The notes beneath the pieces were generated by a model, which was not told where the DNA came from, ran no database searches, and worked only from the letters and a program-made list of their open reading frames with translations. From Eledone cirrhosa (lineage: Eukaryota), in assembly GCA_964016885.1 (NCBI GenBank), contig OZ024758.1, positions 28,892,001 through 28,956,000 on the forward strand: a DNA stretch of 64,000 nucleotides. The letters are read 5' to 3'. A program made the translations under genes and the position numbers. Position 1 is the first letter of the stretch; every line of letters starts with the position of its first letter. Shown here in pieces: positions 48,819-60,834 of this stretch.

Positions 48819-49334
48819 TCGTTTAGTGTCCATCTAACCCATGCTTGCATGGGTTAGATGGACCGTCCACGTTGGGAGAAAGTCTGGCCAGAATTGGCCA
48901 AGCCGTACCTTGCTCCGACGAGGACTGTAAATTTGGCCTGGGATTTTACAGCTGGATGCCCTTCCTAATATCAACTACATTATAAGTGTGTGTGTGTGTG
49001 TGTGTATATATGTATATATATATATAATGCCAACCAATACTTTAAATGGTTGGTGTTGTGGTGCGCATCCAGCTGTAGAAGCCATGTCAAAAATATAATG
49101 TAGAACCAAGGCATAGTCCTCTGACTTGTGTAAGGAGGTAGTAACTTTGAATAAAAACTGTTTCAGATTAATACAACTCATCCAACTCATCCCAGCCTGG
49201 AAAGCAGATGTAAAATGTTGGCCATCATTTATATATCTATTGTATTTGTGTAGCCCATTAGATAAAGTGTCTCAATATAAGTATAATTCATGAAGAGGTT
49301 CCTCCTTCAATAATACAATAGCAGTGTTGTTTAA

Positions 49335-51636
49335 TCCTTTAGCATTTAAACCAGCCAGAATTCCTTCACCACTTTCTGTTCAAACCAGCTATATCTGGCC
49401 AGAATTCCTTCACCTCTTTCTGTTCAGACCAGCCATATCTGGCCAGAATTCCTTCACCTCTTTCTGTTCAGACCAGCCATATCTGGCCAGAATTCCTTCA
49501 CCTCTTTCTGTTCAAACCAGCCGTATCTGGCCAGAATTCCTTCACCTCTTTCTGTTCAAACCAGCCATATCTGGCCAGAATTCCTTCACCTCTTTCTGTT
49601 CAAACCAGCCATATCTGGCCAGAATTCCTTCACCTCTTTCTGTTCAAACCAGCCGTATCTGGCCAGAATTCCTTCACCTCTTTCTGTTCAAACCAGCCAT
49701 ATCTGGCCAGAATTCCTTCACCTCTTTCTGTTCAAACCAGCCGTATCTGGCCAGAATTCCTTCACCTCTTTCTGTTCAAACCAGCCATATCTGGCCAGAA
49801 TTCCTTCACCTCTTTCTGTTCAGACCAGCCATATCTGGCCAGAATTCCTTCACCTCTTTCTGTTCAAACCAGCCGTATCTGGCCAGAATTCCTTCACCTC
49901 TTTCTGTTCAAACCAGCCATATCTGGCCAGAATTCCTTCACCTCTTTCTGTTCAAACCAGCCATATCTGGCCAGAATTCCTTCACCTCTTTCTGTTCAAA
50001 CCAGCCGTATCTGGCCAGAATTCCTTCAACTCTTTCTGTTCAAACCAGCCGTATCTGGCCAGAATTCCTTCACCTCTTTCTGTTCAAACCAGCCGTATCT
50101 GGCCAGAATTCCTTCACCTCTTTCTGTTCAGACCAGCCGTATCTGGCCAGAATTCCTTCACCTCTTTCTGTTCAAACCAGCCCTATCTGGCCAGAATTCC
50201 TTCACCTCTTTCTGTTCAAACCAGCCGTATCTGGCCAGAATTCCTTCACCTCTTTCTGTTCAGACCAGCCATATCGGGCCAGAATTCCTTCACCTCTTTC
50301 TGTTCAAACCAGCCGTATCTGGCCAGAATTCCTTCACCTCTTTCTGTTCAGACCAGCTGTATCTGGCCAGAATTCCTTCACCTCTTTCTGTTCAAACCAG
50401 CTGTATCTGGCCAGAATTCCTTCACATCATTCTGTTCAGACCAGCCGTATCTGGCCAGAATTCCTTCACCTCTTTCTGTTCAAACCAGCCCTATCTGGCC
50501 AGAATTCCTTCACCTCTTTCTGTTCAAACCAGCTGTATCTGGCCAGAATTCCTTCACCTCTTTCTGTTCAAACCAGCCCTATCTGGCCAGAATTCCTTCA
50601 CCTCTTTCTGTTCAAACCAGCTGTATCTGGCCAGAATTCCTTCACCTCTTTCTGTTCAAACCAGCTGTATCTGGCCAGAATTCCTTCACATCATTCTGTT
50701 CAGACCAGCCGTATCTGGCCAGAATTCCTTCACCTCTTTCTGTTCAAACCAGCCCTATCTGGCCAGAATTCCTTCACCTCTTTCTGTTCAAACCAGCTGT
50801 ATCTGGCCAGAATTCCTTCACCTCTTTCTGTTCAAACCAGCCCTATCTGGCCAGAATTCCTTCACCTCTTTCTGTTCAAACCAGCCGTATCTGGCCAGAA
50901 TTCCTTCACCTCTTTCTGTTCAAACCAGCCCTATCTGGCCAGAATTCCTTCACCTCTTTCTGTTCAAACCAGCTGTATCTGGCCAGAATTCCTTCACATC
51001 ATTCTGTTCAGACCAGCCGTATCTGGCCAGAATTCCTTCACCTCTTTCTGTTCAAACCAGCTGTATCTGGCCAGAATTCCTTCACCTCTTTCTGTTCAAA
51101 CCAGCCGTATCTGGCCAGAATTCCTTCACCTCTTTCTGTTCAAACCAGCCCTATCTGGCCAGAATTCCTTCACCTCTTTCTGTTCAAACCAGCCGTATCT
51201 GGCCAGAATTCCTTCACCTCTTTCTGTTCAAACCAGCCCTATCTGGCCAGAATTCCTTCACCTCTTTCTGTTCAAACCAGCTGTATCTGGCCAGAATTCC
51301 TTCACATCATTCTGTTCAGACCAGCCGTATCTGGCCAGAATTCCTTCACCTCTTTCTGTTCAAACCAGCTGTATCTGGCCAGAATTCCTTCACCTCTTTC
51401 TGTTCAAACCAGCCGTATCTGGCCAGAATTCCTTCACCTCTTTCTGTTCAAACCAGCCGTATCTGGCCAGAATTCCTTCACCTCTTTCTGTTACAACTGA
51501 CTGAACAGGCCACTCATACTGATGTTAAGGTATTGTTCTCAAAATAAATAATATCAAAATCTCATACATTTGATATTATGTGAGAGAAAGCCTTTACCGT
51601 GAAAATATAATAGTAAATATAGAGTAATGTAAAAGG
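49335..51636 (+). mobile_element. piggyBac-like TTAA MITE whose left subterminal 44-bp segment is expanded into a satellite
   Basis: TTAA|TCCTTTAGCATTTAAA, then the array, then the normal MITE body (GGCCACTCATACTGATGTTAAGG...) and AAAGG|TTAA. Confidence 0.88.
49351..51495. repeat. 44-bp tandem satellite, about 48 copies
   Basis: Unit CCAGCCATATCTGGCCAGAATTCCTTCACCTCTTTCTGTTCAAA; the ORF repeats every 44 aa (three units). Confidence 0.97.
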
Positions 51637-52497
51637 TTAAAATTCATATAATCTTTAACTCTTTATATATTCTGTACTGCATGTAACCACATTAACAAGA
51701 CATTTATTTAAAGTATAAAACATTACAATGACTGTCACATTAAAAATTAAAGTCTTTAGTTTACTGCAAATTTTCACAATGATATGTCAACAAGGAAAGA
51801 CGCTATACAAATTTGAATTAACAAATCTGTGTTTAGATATTTTCTGCTAAATCATTACAGGATGTTAAAAGTTAAATTGTTTGTACATTTTTGTCAAGCA
51901 CCTATTACATGTTATAATTACAAAACATTTCCTATATTTTAGTATTAAAAAGAACCAATTCAAGTGTGCATGTACTTATGTGTGTAGGGACAGAGTAAAG
52001 AATTTTGTTTTATAGAAATGGGAACTGTCATATTGGTATGTAATCCTTAACATGTCTGAAATACTTAACAAAAAAAAAAAAAGCAAATTATTTTATCTTT
52101 GCTATGAATATGTTCTGTCATATTTGTGGATCAGAAAGGGAACTAAAATACCCAATATGTTAGCATGAGTTTTATCTAATGCAGTACACCAACAATGAAG
52201 GGTGATACCCAGAAACATTAGTGTCTGCAGTTCTGTTCACATGCCAACACAAGAACAAGAATGTTCATTTTACTGACATGGCTATAAAATTGAGGCTTGT
52301 TTGCATAATTTGCAAACGAATCGAATGTTAATATTAATATTCGAAAAACTCAGATTACATTTAGTATACATATATATATACATATATATATATACATATA
52401 TATATGTATATATATACACACATATATAAGCCAGTTCCCGTCCCACCCTTGCAAGCAGGGAAAAAGCGGACGTAAAATGAAATGAATGAAAATGAAA

Positions 52498-52533
<36 letters not shown>

Positions 52534-52741
52534 TTTAGTACAGCATTAACGAAGCTTTAGAACACGGCCAAGCTAACAAATGCAGAATCGGTCTGTAACT
52601 TTAGCACTCGGATGAGGAAGAACCCCAGAGTAATAACATTACGTTCAGACAGCTTAGCAAATCAGATATAGCGGTCGGCAGTCCAGCCACATCACTAGAG
52701 CAACGAAAATACAGGACCCAGGAAAAGATTTTATATACATA

Positions 52742-55700
52742 TCATCATCATCATCATCATCACCGTTTTACATCCGTTCTTCCACGCTAGCATGGGTTAG
52801 ACGGGTTGTCCTGTTGTGGGCAGTGTCTGGTCGGCTGACCATGCCTTGCTCATACAGGAACTGATCTGGCTTGATTTCTACAGCTGGATGCCCTTCCTAA
52901 CACCAACCTCATTTACAGTGAGTGCTGGGTGCTTTTTCGTGGTGCCTACACGTCCACTTTACAGTGTGGGCTGGGTGCTTTTTTGCTGTGGCACCTCCAC
53001 GACCACCTTGCGGTGGGGGGAGTGAGGGCATATTGTTTATATGCTTCAGCATGTACCCATGGGAGGTCGGGTACCCTGTATTACTGCGTGACGCCAGAAG
53101 TCACGGTCGTGTGTCATTGTCTTTGAGAGGTGTAGTTGGGTAAGGTCGGCTTTTATCACCTCATCCCAAGTCATCTTGGGTCTCCCCACTCCGCGGTTTC
53201 CATCAACTTCTAGTGCTCTGCACCTTTTTATGCAGCTGTCATCCTTCATACGCATCACATGTCCATACCAGCGCAACCGCCTCTCCTGCACACAGCATTT
53301 GATTCCTCTTATGCTCAGTCTCTCTCTCAATTCCTTTATGCTTTGTCGTTCACGTATATTACTGTTACACATCCATCGGAGCAAGCAGGCTTCGTTTCTC
53401 TCTAATCTACGTAAGTCTTCCACCTTCAGCGCCCAGGTCTCACTACCATGCAACATCGCTGTTCGGATACACGCATCATACAGTCTGCCTTTCATTCTGA
53501 GGGAGAAGCCTTTTGCAGCTAGCAGTGGTAGTAGTTCCCTAAACTTCTTCCATCCCGTTCTTACCCTAGTTATTGTACTTTCTGAGCACCCACCTCCGTT
53601 GCTAATTCGGTCACCTAGGTAGCAGAAGCTGTCTACTGTTTCTACAGGGCCCTCCCAGAGATTGGTGGTACTTGTTTCCTGTGGCTGTTTGCTTGCTGTT
53701 TCAGCACAGCTGCTGCATGTGAATCCTACATTCTTAATTAAGCTTCCTGAGATCCACTTAACATCTCTTGTGTACCCATTGTTTGCATTTGGGGCAGAGA
53801 ATGGAGTTCCTACCTACACCTTTCCTACATACTGAGCAAGGCCATTTCCCTGAGGGGATCTGGGTTCTGTTTTCTCGTCTACTTACAAGGACCTTAGTCT
53901 TTGTCGTGTTGACTTTGAGGCCCTTTCTCTCTAGTCCCTGCTTCCAGGTTTGGAATTTATTCTCTAGTTCTACCATAGATTCAGCTATGAGTGCGAGGTC
54001 ATCAGCATACAGGAGTTCCCATGGGCATCCGGTCTTAAACTCCTCCATTATTGCCTGCAGGACTATGATGAACAGGAGAGGGCTAAGAACAGAGCCCTGG
54101 TGGACCCCAACCTGTACGCTAAATTCCTCGCTATACTCATTGCTAATCCTAACTTTGCTGACTGCTCCCCTATACATGGCTTGTACCGCTTTCACAAGCC
54201 ATTCATCTACTCCTAGTTTTCTAAGAGCCCACCAGATTACCGCACGTGGAACTCTGTCAAAGGCTTTCTCAAGGTCGACAAATGCCAAGTAGAGTGGCTT
54301 ACTTTTAGCTAGGTACTTTTCCTGTAATTGCCTCACAAGGAAGAGGGCATCAGTGGTGCCTCTCCCTGGTACAAACTCAAATTGCATCTCGTCTATATTC
54401 ACCCGGTCCCTAATCAGCTGTGCTATAACTCTTTCTGTTACTTTCATGACCTGGTCCATCAACTTTATACCTCTATAGTTTCCTCTATCTAGTGCATCGC
54501 CTTTACCTTTGTAGCAGTTGACAATGATGCTACTGCACCAATCTTTTGGTATGGCCCCTTCTAGTATTACCTGGTTAACGATACGTGTGGTTATAATGTG
54601 ACCTACAGACCCAGATGCCTTCAGCATCTCGGCAGCTATACCCGATGGACCGGTTGCCTTCCCCATCTTCATATCTCTGATTGCCTTACTTACTACGCTG
54701 CCGCTGACTTGTACTGCTGGTCCCTCTATAGGGTCTACATGGGGTAGGGTCTCTTCTTCCCATGCATTCTCCTCATTTAGTAATCTATCATAATGACTCT
54801 TCCATGCATCTTTCTTCTCAGCACTTGTGAGGGCAAGCTCACCTTTATCATTCCGGATACACTTCTCTCCAATGACATCACAACTATCTCTGACACACTG
54901 CCTCGCAATCTTGAATACCTCCTGTTTCTGGTCCTCACGTTGTAAAACATGCTTGAATTTTCTATCCTCTGCTTCCCTCCTAGCTAAGTATATTTGTCGC
55001 CTAGCTTCCCTCTTGGTCTCTATGTAATGTACCCTGCTCCCCCCGTTCTTCCATTCTTTCCATGCCTGTCTCTTGGCCTTGACTGCTTCATCTACCTTAT
55101 TGTTCCACCACCAAGTCACTCTCCTCCTGCTTGAGGTCTTACTCCAGCCACAAACCTCATCCGTCGCCTCTAGTAAGTTATTTTTTAGGAACTCCCAGTT
55201 CTCTTCTACGTTAAATGTCTCTATCTGTTCTTCTTTACTGTCGTAGGCGTTGAGTAAAATATCTTTAAATCTGTTACTGGTTGAGGGGACTTTCAGCTTC
55301 CAGATCTTTCTTCAGGTTGGCCTCTGTTTCCGGGTTCGTCTAGTTCTGACCGTGAGGTCGCTGACAACTAAGCTATGTTGGGATGTACATTCCTCACTAG
55401 GGAAGGCTTCTGTGTTTACGACCGTCCATCTGTCACGTCCTCTAATGAGGATAAAATCTAACTGACTAGAGTGCTCCCCTGATCTATAGGTGATCAGGTG
55501 GTTGTCGGGTTTTTTAAAGTTTGTGTTACATATCGACATGTCATTGGCGTCGCAGAATTCTAGAAGTCTGAATCCTTCCTCATTCCTTGTGCCAACTCCA
55601 TGGCCTCCATGTACTCTATTGAAGCCATCGCAGTGTTTAGCTACGTGTCCGTTAAAATCTCCTGCAATGATTAGGAAGTCCTTGTCGTCTGTTAGAGCAG

Positions 55701-56345
55701 TAGTGTGTATTAGGGACTCGTAAAACCTATCCTTAAGTTCGTCTGGCAGCCCCGATTGGGGTGCATAAGCTGATATTATTGTGGTAATTGTCTTATTCAG
55801 GACTAGTCTGAGTTTAATGATTCTTGCATTTACCCTGTACACTGAGATTACTTTATCTACCCACTTGTCAGCTAATAGTATACCTACACCACCCATCCCA
55901 TCGTCATTTCCCACCCAGAAAAATTTGTAGCACTGGCTTTTTCCTACAAGGACTCTAGCAGACCCTCCTCTCCATCTAGTCTCTTGCACACAGCATACAT
56001 CAACTTCCTTTCGCTCTAGCATTTCTATGATTTCTCCTGCTCTTCCTTTCATTGAGCCTACATTGATGGTACCAACTCGGAGTTTTGGGCATTTGTCGAC
56101 ACTCGTAGGGGAGGGTCTCTGGGTTGGCGCTTCATGTGGGTGCTTGGTAGCTCGCAGATTCATATTTCATCTATTGATTCAGAGTTGCTCAAATGTATTC
56201 TCAGCTCATCCATCCATAACGGTGGGAAAATTGAGGGCTAGAAGAACAGTGGTGGTGGGGTAATGGCAGGGTGTGTTGGGATGCGCCAGAGGAGGAGAGA
56301 GTTAGTTAGGCAGGTAGTAGCAGCAGCAGTGGAAATGGCATGCTA
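52742..56345 (-). mobile_element. Near-full-length RTE family 1 LINE (5' boundary uncertain)
   Basis: Single-ORF layout with APE, RT and C-terminal region, plus 3' UTR and (GAT)n tail at 52742-52762. Confidence 0.95.
53046..56163 (-). pseudogene. RTE polyprotein (AP endonuclease, reverse transcriptase, PHD-like finger), disrupted by one stop and one frameshift
   Basis: LRVGTINV, VQETRW, AGDFNGHV, SQLDFIL and SQH (APE), followed by RT motifs. In-frame TGA at 55312-14; +1 frameshift at ~53758 relative to the 46 kb copy. Confidence 0.95.
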
Positions 56346-56406
56346 GGTTTGATTGGTCGAATAGACTATGGTGGTGTGTGGGGGTGGGGGGAGGGAACTT
56401 GTGAGG

Positions 56407-56879
56407 TAGGAAGTGAGGGTCGCATGGTAAATAACTGAGAGAGATACAATAGAATTAGAATACCGCATGGTAAATATCCAAGTTAATACTACATCAGTAA
56501 AATTAACAATAATAACGTCATGAAAACTACTAAGAAAAATCCTCGAAAATTTATCGCTAATACAGCAGGGAACATCATTGATCATTAATATTAACAACAA
56601 TATGTAGGCTAAAATACCTTCGTAGATGGATGGCTAGAAAAATTGGAATCAACTCTAGTGATACATTTTAGCAGAGAAGAATGGGAAAGTGTCTTATCTC
56701 TTCAATATTTTCAGATTGAATGAATTAGATTAAAGACAGGGTAGTAAACCTTAAAGAGATGCATAGAGAGAGGGGGGGTGGGGTTAGGAAGTGAGGGTCG
56801 CATGGTAAATAACTGAGAGAGATACAATAGAATTAGAATACCGCATGGTAAATATCCAAGTTAATACTACATCAGTAAA
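56407..56879. repeat. Pair of 95-bp direct repeats (56407-56501 and 56785-56879)
   Basis: TAGGAAGTGAGGGTCGCATGGTAAATAACTG...ACTACATCAGTAAA is present twice. Confidence 0.9.
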
Positions 56880-56956
56880 GTAATATACCAATATCAAACA
56901 GGTGTAAATTAATTTTAGTTTAGCTTGAATATTAAGTTTTAGAAAAATATATAATA

Positions 56957-57235
56957 CAGTTGTCCCTCGCTATTCAGGGGGGTTATGTTCCTAGAGCACC
57001 TGTGAAGAGTGAAAACCCATGAATATTGGCTGTGGTCCATAAAAGTGCTTATAAACGTCAAAACAATGTAAAATATAGGCCGGCAAATATGGTATATTGT
57101 TAATAATTTAGCATTAAAAAGCGTGAAAAAAGCCATAAAGAAAACTGGAAGATATTTACAATTCCGTGAATATGTGGTGGTTTTGACGAACGATTATTAA
57201 TTAGGTTCTAGGAAAATTCTGCTGTGGGTGCACTG
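56957..57235. mobile_element. Tigger/pogo-like MITE
   Basis: TA|CAGTTGTCCCTCGCTAT at the left, imperfect GGGTGCACTG|TA at the right. Confidence 0.5.
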
Positions 57236-57470
57236 TACTGCATTTTCTTAAATTTTAGCATTTAAAAAATATTCCATTTTAATTTTATTTTGCTTTTAAA
57301 CTCCTATTCAATAAATGTTTTACTACATACACATACAATATATGTTGATGGCAACGTCTTTTACCATCTTTAAGGGTATTCACCCTATCTTATAGCATCT
57401 CTGTGCATGAGCACACCACTCTTTATATACATATATATGTATAGAGTGCTTAGAAATACATTGTTTTATT

Positions 57471-57517
57471 AGCTAACAGTGTTTCATCCATACCCTATGG
57501 CAGGAATCATCAGAGCT
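57471..57517 (-). ncRNA. Minimal type I hammerhead ribozyme motif
   Basis: AGCU-CUGAUGA-U-UCC UGCC(AUAG)GGUA U GGA-U-GAAAC-ACU-GUU/AGCU, immediately followed by AAUAAA. Confidence 0.68.
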
Positions 57518-57821
57518 TATAAACAAGAGTATATCAATAGTTGCATGCGCCATCGAGCTGCGTCACCAGAACAAGGTTAAAGGACCAGCAAAGGGGGTCC
57601 CGAGACCAGCGCTATATAGAAAAAGACAGAATACATGATGTACATAATGTCATAAAATGTCATAAAAAATTAAAAATTACACCAAAAATATATCACTTAA
57701 ATGGTGCAATAGATGATACAGAGGTTGGGAGAGGGTAGCAAGGGATGAGTGAGGGTATTACTCAGCATGATCAGAAACAATAAAAAAGTACATAAATACA
57801 AAAAAAAACAAAAGAAATAAA

Positions 57822-57914
57822 AATAAAAAGACAATAAAGGAACAAAAAAAAAAAAAAAAATCTGTGTGTCTGGGCACATTGATATATTTGTCAATGAAAC
57901 TGTATGTGTGTGTG

Positions 57915-57969
<55 letters not shown>

Positions 57970-58296
57970 AGGCACATGGCTTAGTGGTTAGAGCATTGGC
58001 CTTGCAATCGAAAGGTTGTGAGTTCAATTCTCAGACTGGGTGTTGTGTTGTTTCCTTGAGCAAGACACTTTATTTCACATTGCTCCAGTTTACTCAGCTG
58101 TAGAAATGAGATGATAGGGACTGGGGTCCCTATCATTCCACTGCAAAGTGGTCGTGGAGGTGCCACGGAAAAAAAAGCACCCAGCACTCACTGTAAATGA
58201 GGTTGGTGTTAGGAAGGGCATCCAGCTGTAGAAATCAAGCCAGAATCAGTTCCAGTCCCACCCTTGCAAGCAGGAAAAAGCGGACGTAAAATGATG

Positions 58297-58343
<47 letters not shown>

Positions 58344-58421
58344 TCATTGACAAATATATCAATGTGCCCAGACACGCAAATTTTTTTTTTTTTCTTTTTG
58401 TTCCTTTATTGTCTTTTTATT
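57822..58421. repeat. ~80-bp inverted repeats (57822-57901 and 58340-58421) enclosing (TA)n-SINE-(TA)n
   Basis: GTGTCTGGGCACATTGATATATTTGTCAATGAAAC versus GTTTCATTGACAAATATATCAATGTGCCCAGACAC, extending through the A/T tracts. Confidence 0.88.
57967..58298 (+). mobile_element. SINE family A, full-length reference copy inserted in (TA)n
   Basis: TGGCTTAGTGG A box, GAGTTCAATTC B box, CORE-like CCTTGAGCAAGACACTT, 11-bp hairpin, AGGAAGGGCATCCAGC module, short RTE tail. Confidence 0.93.
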
Positions 58422-59239
58422 ATATATAGTATATATGTATATATAAACTTGAAATTTATATGGTTTTCAAGTATTTTCTAATTATTTACAACTCTTTACA
58501 GTCCTTAAAATGTTAGTGTTTCCTACTACATATATTATATTTCTCCTCCAAACCAAATATTCTGAATTGCGATACTTTTAGGTGAGTTAATATAAATTCT
58601 AAATTATGTAGTAAAACAACTTCCGCAATATGTGAAATGTTTCCAAAAGTACCCTTCGTCTTGATTTTTTTTTTCTTTTTTACTATAATCTTATGGGGTC
58701 GATGAATTAATTTATACAATTTACTCAACTAAATGTTAAGATGTGAAACCAGTAAACCCTTGTAGAAAGTTAGCAACTGTTTGAAGCTCCTAAAGGGGAT
58801 GGCCTATCTTTCAGATAGTTTATGATATTCTGTGGGTGTTAGATCATCAGTGATTATGAGGCCGCCTTGCATTTATAGTGACTTCAGTGTTTTAGTTTGT
58901 GTTGTTGATGGCTAAAGGAGATGGTACAGTATTGTCTCTTTGATATGTGCAATGTTAGTGTCCTTGTGCTGTTGAATAGAACAATATTGATATGTCCCCA
59001 TTGGAGAATATTCTCAAAGTCCTTCTTCTTGGTATAAGATATCAAGTTTACATGTGGCAGATGCTTGTGAATTCAAAGTTAGGGAGGCCTAAAATGTGAC
59101 ATCACCTGCAGAGCAACCCATAAAGCAGTGGTTTCCTAATTGACGAATGAAGCTGGGATTTGAACTCTGAACAAATAAAACCAGAAATAGAACCTAAAAA
59201 TTTTGCCTGTTTACCCTTGTGAACTGGCAGTCATTTGAG

Positions 59240-59734
59240 CAGAGGTTCTCAAACTTTTGGAGCCTCCGTCCCCCTCATGGCCATGCAATACCCCCAGCCC
59301 CCCACCCCAACCCTATTTCCAGAGAGACCTGCCTACATGAAAATTGTAAATAATATATAATAAATAATTGTTTCTACTCTTGGCACAAGGCCAGCAATTA
59401 CCCAGTGTATTACTGGTACTTTATTTTATCGACCCCGTAAGGATGAAAGGCAAAGTTAACCTCGGTGGGATTTGAACTCAGAATGGCAAGGGCCGTAACT
59501 CTATGCGTCAAAGCATGGTGTCTGACCCTCTACCGATTTCATTTACATATAATAAATAATATAATATATACTATGTATAAATAAATATATATTTTTTATT
59601 TTATTATATTTATATATATGTATCATTTGATATTTAATATACTATCATATCATTTCCCCCTTAGACCCCAGTGCCTCCTGGACCTTCTCAACGCCTCCTT
59701 GTAGGGGGGGGGGCGCCCATTTTGAGAACCTCTG
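59240..59734. mobile_element. hAT-like MITE with a nested SINE B
   Basis: Perfect 14-bp TIRs CAGAGGTTCTCAAA / TTTGAGAACCTCTG; 8-bp flanks CATTTGAG / CATTAGAG (7 of 8 match). Confidence 0.88.
59365..59538 (-). mobile_element. SINE family B nested in the hAT MITE
   Basis: Reverse complement of family B. Confidence 0.88.
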
Positions 59735-60834
59735 CATTAGAGCATCAAATGCCATTTGTTCTGGCTCCTCTGCACTCTGGGTTCAAATCCTGCAGAGGTC
59801 AATTTTGCCTTTTATTTTTTTAAGATTGATAAACTAGTCCAGTGCTAACTAACATAACTTCCTAAAACTTGATAGATTTTTTTTTTTAAATCAATAATTG
59901 ATTGATGCATTGAGAAAATCATTGCAGCATTCAAAATAGTATTCTGCTAGATTTTGTTTATAGCTAGTGTTTGAAAACAAAATAGTTTAAAAAAACACAA
60001 TGCACCCAGTACATGCTGTAAAGTGGTTGGTGTTAGGAAGGGCATCCAGCCATAGATAACTTGCCAGACAAGGGCTTAAGAGGACCCTTCAGTTTGTGTG
60101 AAAAGACATAAGTTCTCCACACTCGATATGACCCTACATAAGCAGGATTCAGACCCCTTGGCCTGTCAGGTAGGTGAGTGGCGCCCCGCTTCGGTGCTAA
60201 CTTGGTTTATCTACACCTGTCCAACTTTGCTAGCTTGGAAAGCAAACTTTAAATGATGATGATGATGTAATATGTTTGGTGTCAATAGCTGAAATAAAAG
60301 CATTATATTAATATTGATAGACAGAAGTTGTGAGTATTCCCTTAATAACAAAAAATTTGTTTGGCATACAAATGGCAACACACTTTTTATCAAAACTGAA
60401 ATTTCAATGTACAGTATTTTGTAAGGAATGAATGATTTACTAGATATGACATTTTTCTAAATGATAGATTGTACTAAGATAAAACAATGAATTGGAATTG
60501 AATCTTTGTTGCTAAATAGATGAATAGTGGTGTAGTAGAGTGGGGAAACAACAAAACAAAATTTACATTTCACATCTATGCCAGTTTAGCTAGCCTCTTA
60601 CAAAGTCATCTCAGGTGTTTTAATGATAGGAACCTCAGTCCTATCATGAAAATCAAAGTGAAATGAAGTATCTTGCTCAAGAGCAATGCACCACCCAATC
60701 CAGTAATGAAACCCACATTCTTATGATTGCAAGTCCAACACCCTAACCACTAGACCACATACCTTCACAGGGTGTATTAGAGACTTGTGGTGAAAATGAA
60801 TTAATAAAAACTGGGTAAAAACCTGCTCTGAACA

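Noticed and set aside
49324-51504. 726-aa ORF with 44-aa repeats
   Set aside because: It is the 44-bp MITE-derived satellite, which lacks stops in all three plus frames. No ATG-anchored gene context or splice evidence.
57967-58040. tRNA gene
   Set aside because: The A and B boxes belong to a SINE head that continues into the SINE body; no complete cloverleaf or CCA-type end.
58800-59050. Possible L1-like fragment or exon
   Set aside because: Only a vague GGL-type motif among many stops; not supportable.
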